Part shown: one piece after another, positions 61,752 through 64,000 of the stretch
Layout of the letters: the number at the start of each line of letters is the position of its first letter
Position numbering within the stretch: position 1 is the first letter of the stretch
Assembly (NCBI RefSeq): GCF_036365525.1
Contig: NC_090382.1
Location: 45,969,678-46,033,677, forward strand
DNA length: 64,000 nucleotides
Direction of reading: 5' to 3'
Source of the DNA: Heterodontus francisci
Lineage: Eukaryota
The notes under the pieces: generated by a model
What the model saw: only the letters and a program-made list of their open reading frames with translations
Told to the model about the DNA's origin: nothing
The model's database searches: none
Made by a program: the position numbers and the translations under genes

Positions 61752-64000
61752 GAAACAAGAAATGCTGGAAATACTCAGCAGGTCTGGCAGCATCTGTTGC
61801 AAGAGAAGCAGAGTTAACGTTTCACGTCAGTGACCCTTCATCAGAACTAGCAAATGTTAGAAATGTAATATGTTTTAAGCAAATAAAGCAGGGGTGGGGC
61901 AAGAGTTAACAAAAGGCAAGGTGTTGATAGGACAGAGGGTCACAGAAAATAACTGACCAGAAGGTCATGGAGCAAAGGCAAACAGTATGTTAATGGTGTG
62001 TTGAAAGACAAAGCTTTAGGGCAGAGAGGGTGTTAATTGACAGAAAAATGAACAGCCCAGGCCTAAAGCACAAACAGGAAAAAAACAATGGGTAGGCACA
62101 TGGTAAAAAATGGATGATGAAACAAACTAAAATAAAATAAACAAATAAAAAATAATAAATAATAAAAAAGAAAAACTAACTAAAAATAAAAATTCTGAAA
62201 TTATTGAACTCAATGTTCAGTCCGGCAGGCTGTAGCGTGCCTAATCGCTAAATAAGATGCTGTTCCTCGAGCTGGCATTGATGTTCACTGGAACACTGCA
62301 GCAAGCCCAGGACAGATTTGTGGGCATGAAAGCAGGGGGGTGCGTTGAAATGGCAAGAAACCGGAAGCTCAGAGTCATGTTTTTGGACTGAGCGGGGGTG
62401 TTCCACAAAGTAGTCACCCAATCTGCGTTTGGTCTCCCCAGTGTAGAGGAGACCACATGGTGAGCAGTGAATACAGTATACTAAATTGAAAGAAGTACAA
62501 ATAAATCGCTGCTTCACCTGAAAGGAGTGTTTGGGGCCTTGGATAGTGAGGAGAGAGGAGGTAAAAGGACAGGTGTTACACCTTCTGCGATTGCATGGGG
62601 AGGTGCCGTGGGAAGGGGCGAGGTGGCGGGGGTAATGGAGGAGTGGACCAGGGTGTCGTGGAGAGAATGATCCCTTCGGAATGCTGACGGGGGAGGGGAG
62701 GGGAAGATGCGTTTGGTAGTGGCATCATGCTGGAGGTGGCGGAAATGGCGGACGTGGCGGAAATGGCGGAGGATGATCCTTTGGATGTGGAGGCTGGTGG
62801 GGTGGAAAGTGAGGACAAGGGGAACCCTGTCGCGGTTCTGGGAGGGAGAGGAAGGAGTGAGGGTAGAAGTGCGGGAAATGGGCCAGACATGGTTGAGGGC
62901 CCTGTCAACCACAGTAGGAGAGAATCCTTGGTTGAGGAAAAAGGAAGACAAAGCGCTGTCGTGGAAGATTGCATATCAGAGTAGATGCGTCAGAGATAGA
63001 GAAACTGGGAGAATGGAATGGAGTCCTTACAGGAGGTAGGGTGTGAAGAAGTGTAGTCGAGGTAGCTGTGGGAGTCGGTGGGCTTATAATGAATATTAGT
63101 AGACAGCCTATCACCAGAGATGGAGACAGAGAAGTCGAGGAAGGGAAGGGAAGTGTCGGAGATGGACCATGTGAAGGTGAGAGAACGGTGGAAATTGGAA
63201 GCAAAGATGATAAAGTTTTCCAGTCTGGGGCGGGAGCAGGAAATGGCACCGATACAGTCATCAATGTACCGGAAAAAAGAGTTGGCGGAGAGGGCCTGAG
63301 TAGGACTGGAACAAGGAATGTTTGACATATCCCACAAAAAGACAGGCATAACTAGGACCATGCGGGTACCCATAGCAACACCTTTTACTTGAAGGAAGTG
63401 AGTGGAATTGAAGCAGAAGTTGTTCAATATGAGAACAAGTTCAGTCAGGCGGAGGAGGGTGATGGTGGATGGGAACTGGTTGGGCCTCTGTTCAATGAAG
63501 AAGCGGGGAGCCCTCAAACCGTCGTGGTGGGGGATGGAGGTGTAGAGTGATTGGACGTCCATAGTGAAGAGGAGGCGGTTAGGACCAGGAAACTGGAAAT
63601 TGTCAAAATGATGCAGGGCGTCAGAAGAGTCACGGATGTAGGTGGGAAGAGACTGGACCAGGGGAGAAAAGATAGAGTCAAGATATGAAGAAATAAGTTC
63701 AGTGGGGCAGAAACAAGCTGAAACAGTGGGTCTGCCAGGACAATCCTGTTTATGGATTTTAGGAAGGAGGTAGAAGCGGGCTGTACGGGGTTGCGGGACT
63801 ATGAGGTTGGAAGCTGTAGAGGGAAGATCTCCAGAGGAGATGAGATCAGTGACAGTCCTGTGGACAGTAGTTTGGTGTTCATTGGTGGGGTCATGGTCCA
63901 GTTGGAAGTAGGAAGAAGTGTCTGAGAGTTGGCATTGAGCCTCTGCAAAGTAGAGATCGGTACGCCTGACAACAACAGCACCGCCCTTATCTGCAGGTTT
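61752..64000 (-). mobile_element. Second, older Neptune-type Penelope element, frameshifted, running off the window
   Basis: Colinear paralog of 57750-60020 (MDVQSLYTSIP, FRYIDD, LLYTGET) with indels. Confidence 0.92.
61812..61848 (-). ncRNA. Minimal hammerhead motif with canonical core
   Basis: AGTT-CTGATGA-A-GGGTC-ACT-GACGT-GAAA-CGTT-AACT. Confidence 0.7.

Overview
Repeat-dense vertebrate genomic DNA, most likely a shark or other elasmobranch. This is an inference from HE1-type V-SINEs, Deu-core SINEs and the CR1/L2/Penelope mix. No intact host protein-coding gene is recognisable. Most of the window is nested transposable elements: one near full-length decayed CR1 LINE with a tandem-monomer 5'UTR, many CR1/L2 fragments, a young 5'-truncated RTE, two Neptune-type Penelope elements plus several short hammerhead-ribozyme-bearing Penelope termini, at least five PIF/Harbinger remnants (transposase and/or Myb/SANT gene), MITEs, a deleted Gypsy element with a tRNA-Pro PBS, and several solo LTRs. 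The most notable observations are: recurrent 100-135 bp Penelope-terminus insertions with 13-bp TSDs that start at a minimal hammerhead core; a single-ORF LINE that appears to carry a tRNA-derived SINE head, with a matching head+tail SINE elsewhere; a 177-bp inverted duplication with a templated insert; and a CpG/CCAAT promoter-like patch beside a 430-bp polypyrimidine tract. I found no clearly new biological system. All family names come from motif recognition without database searches, and boundaries without a stated TSD are approximate.
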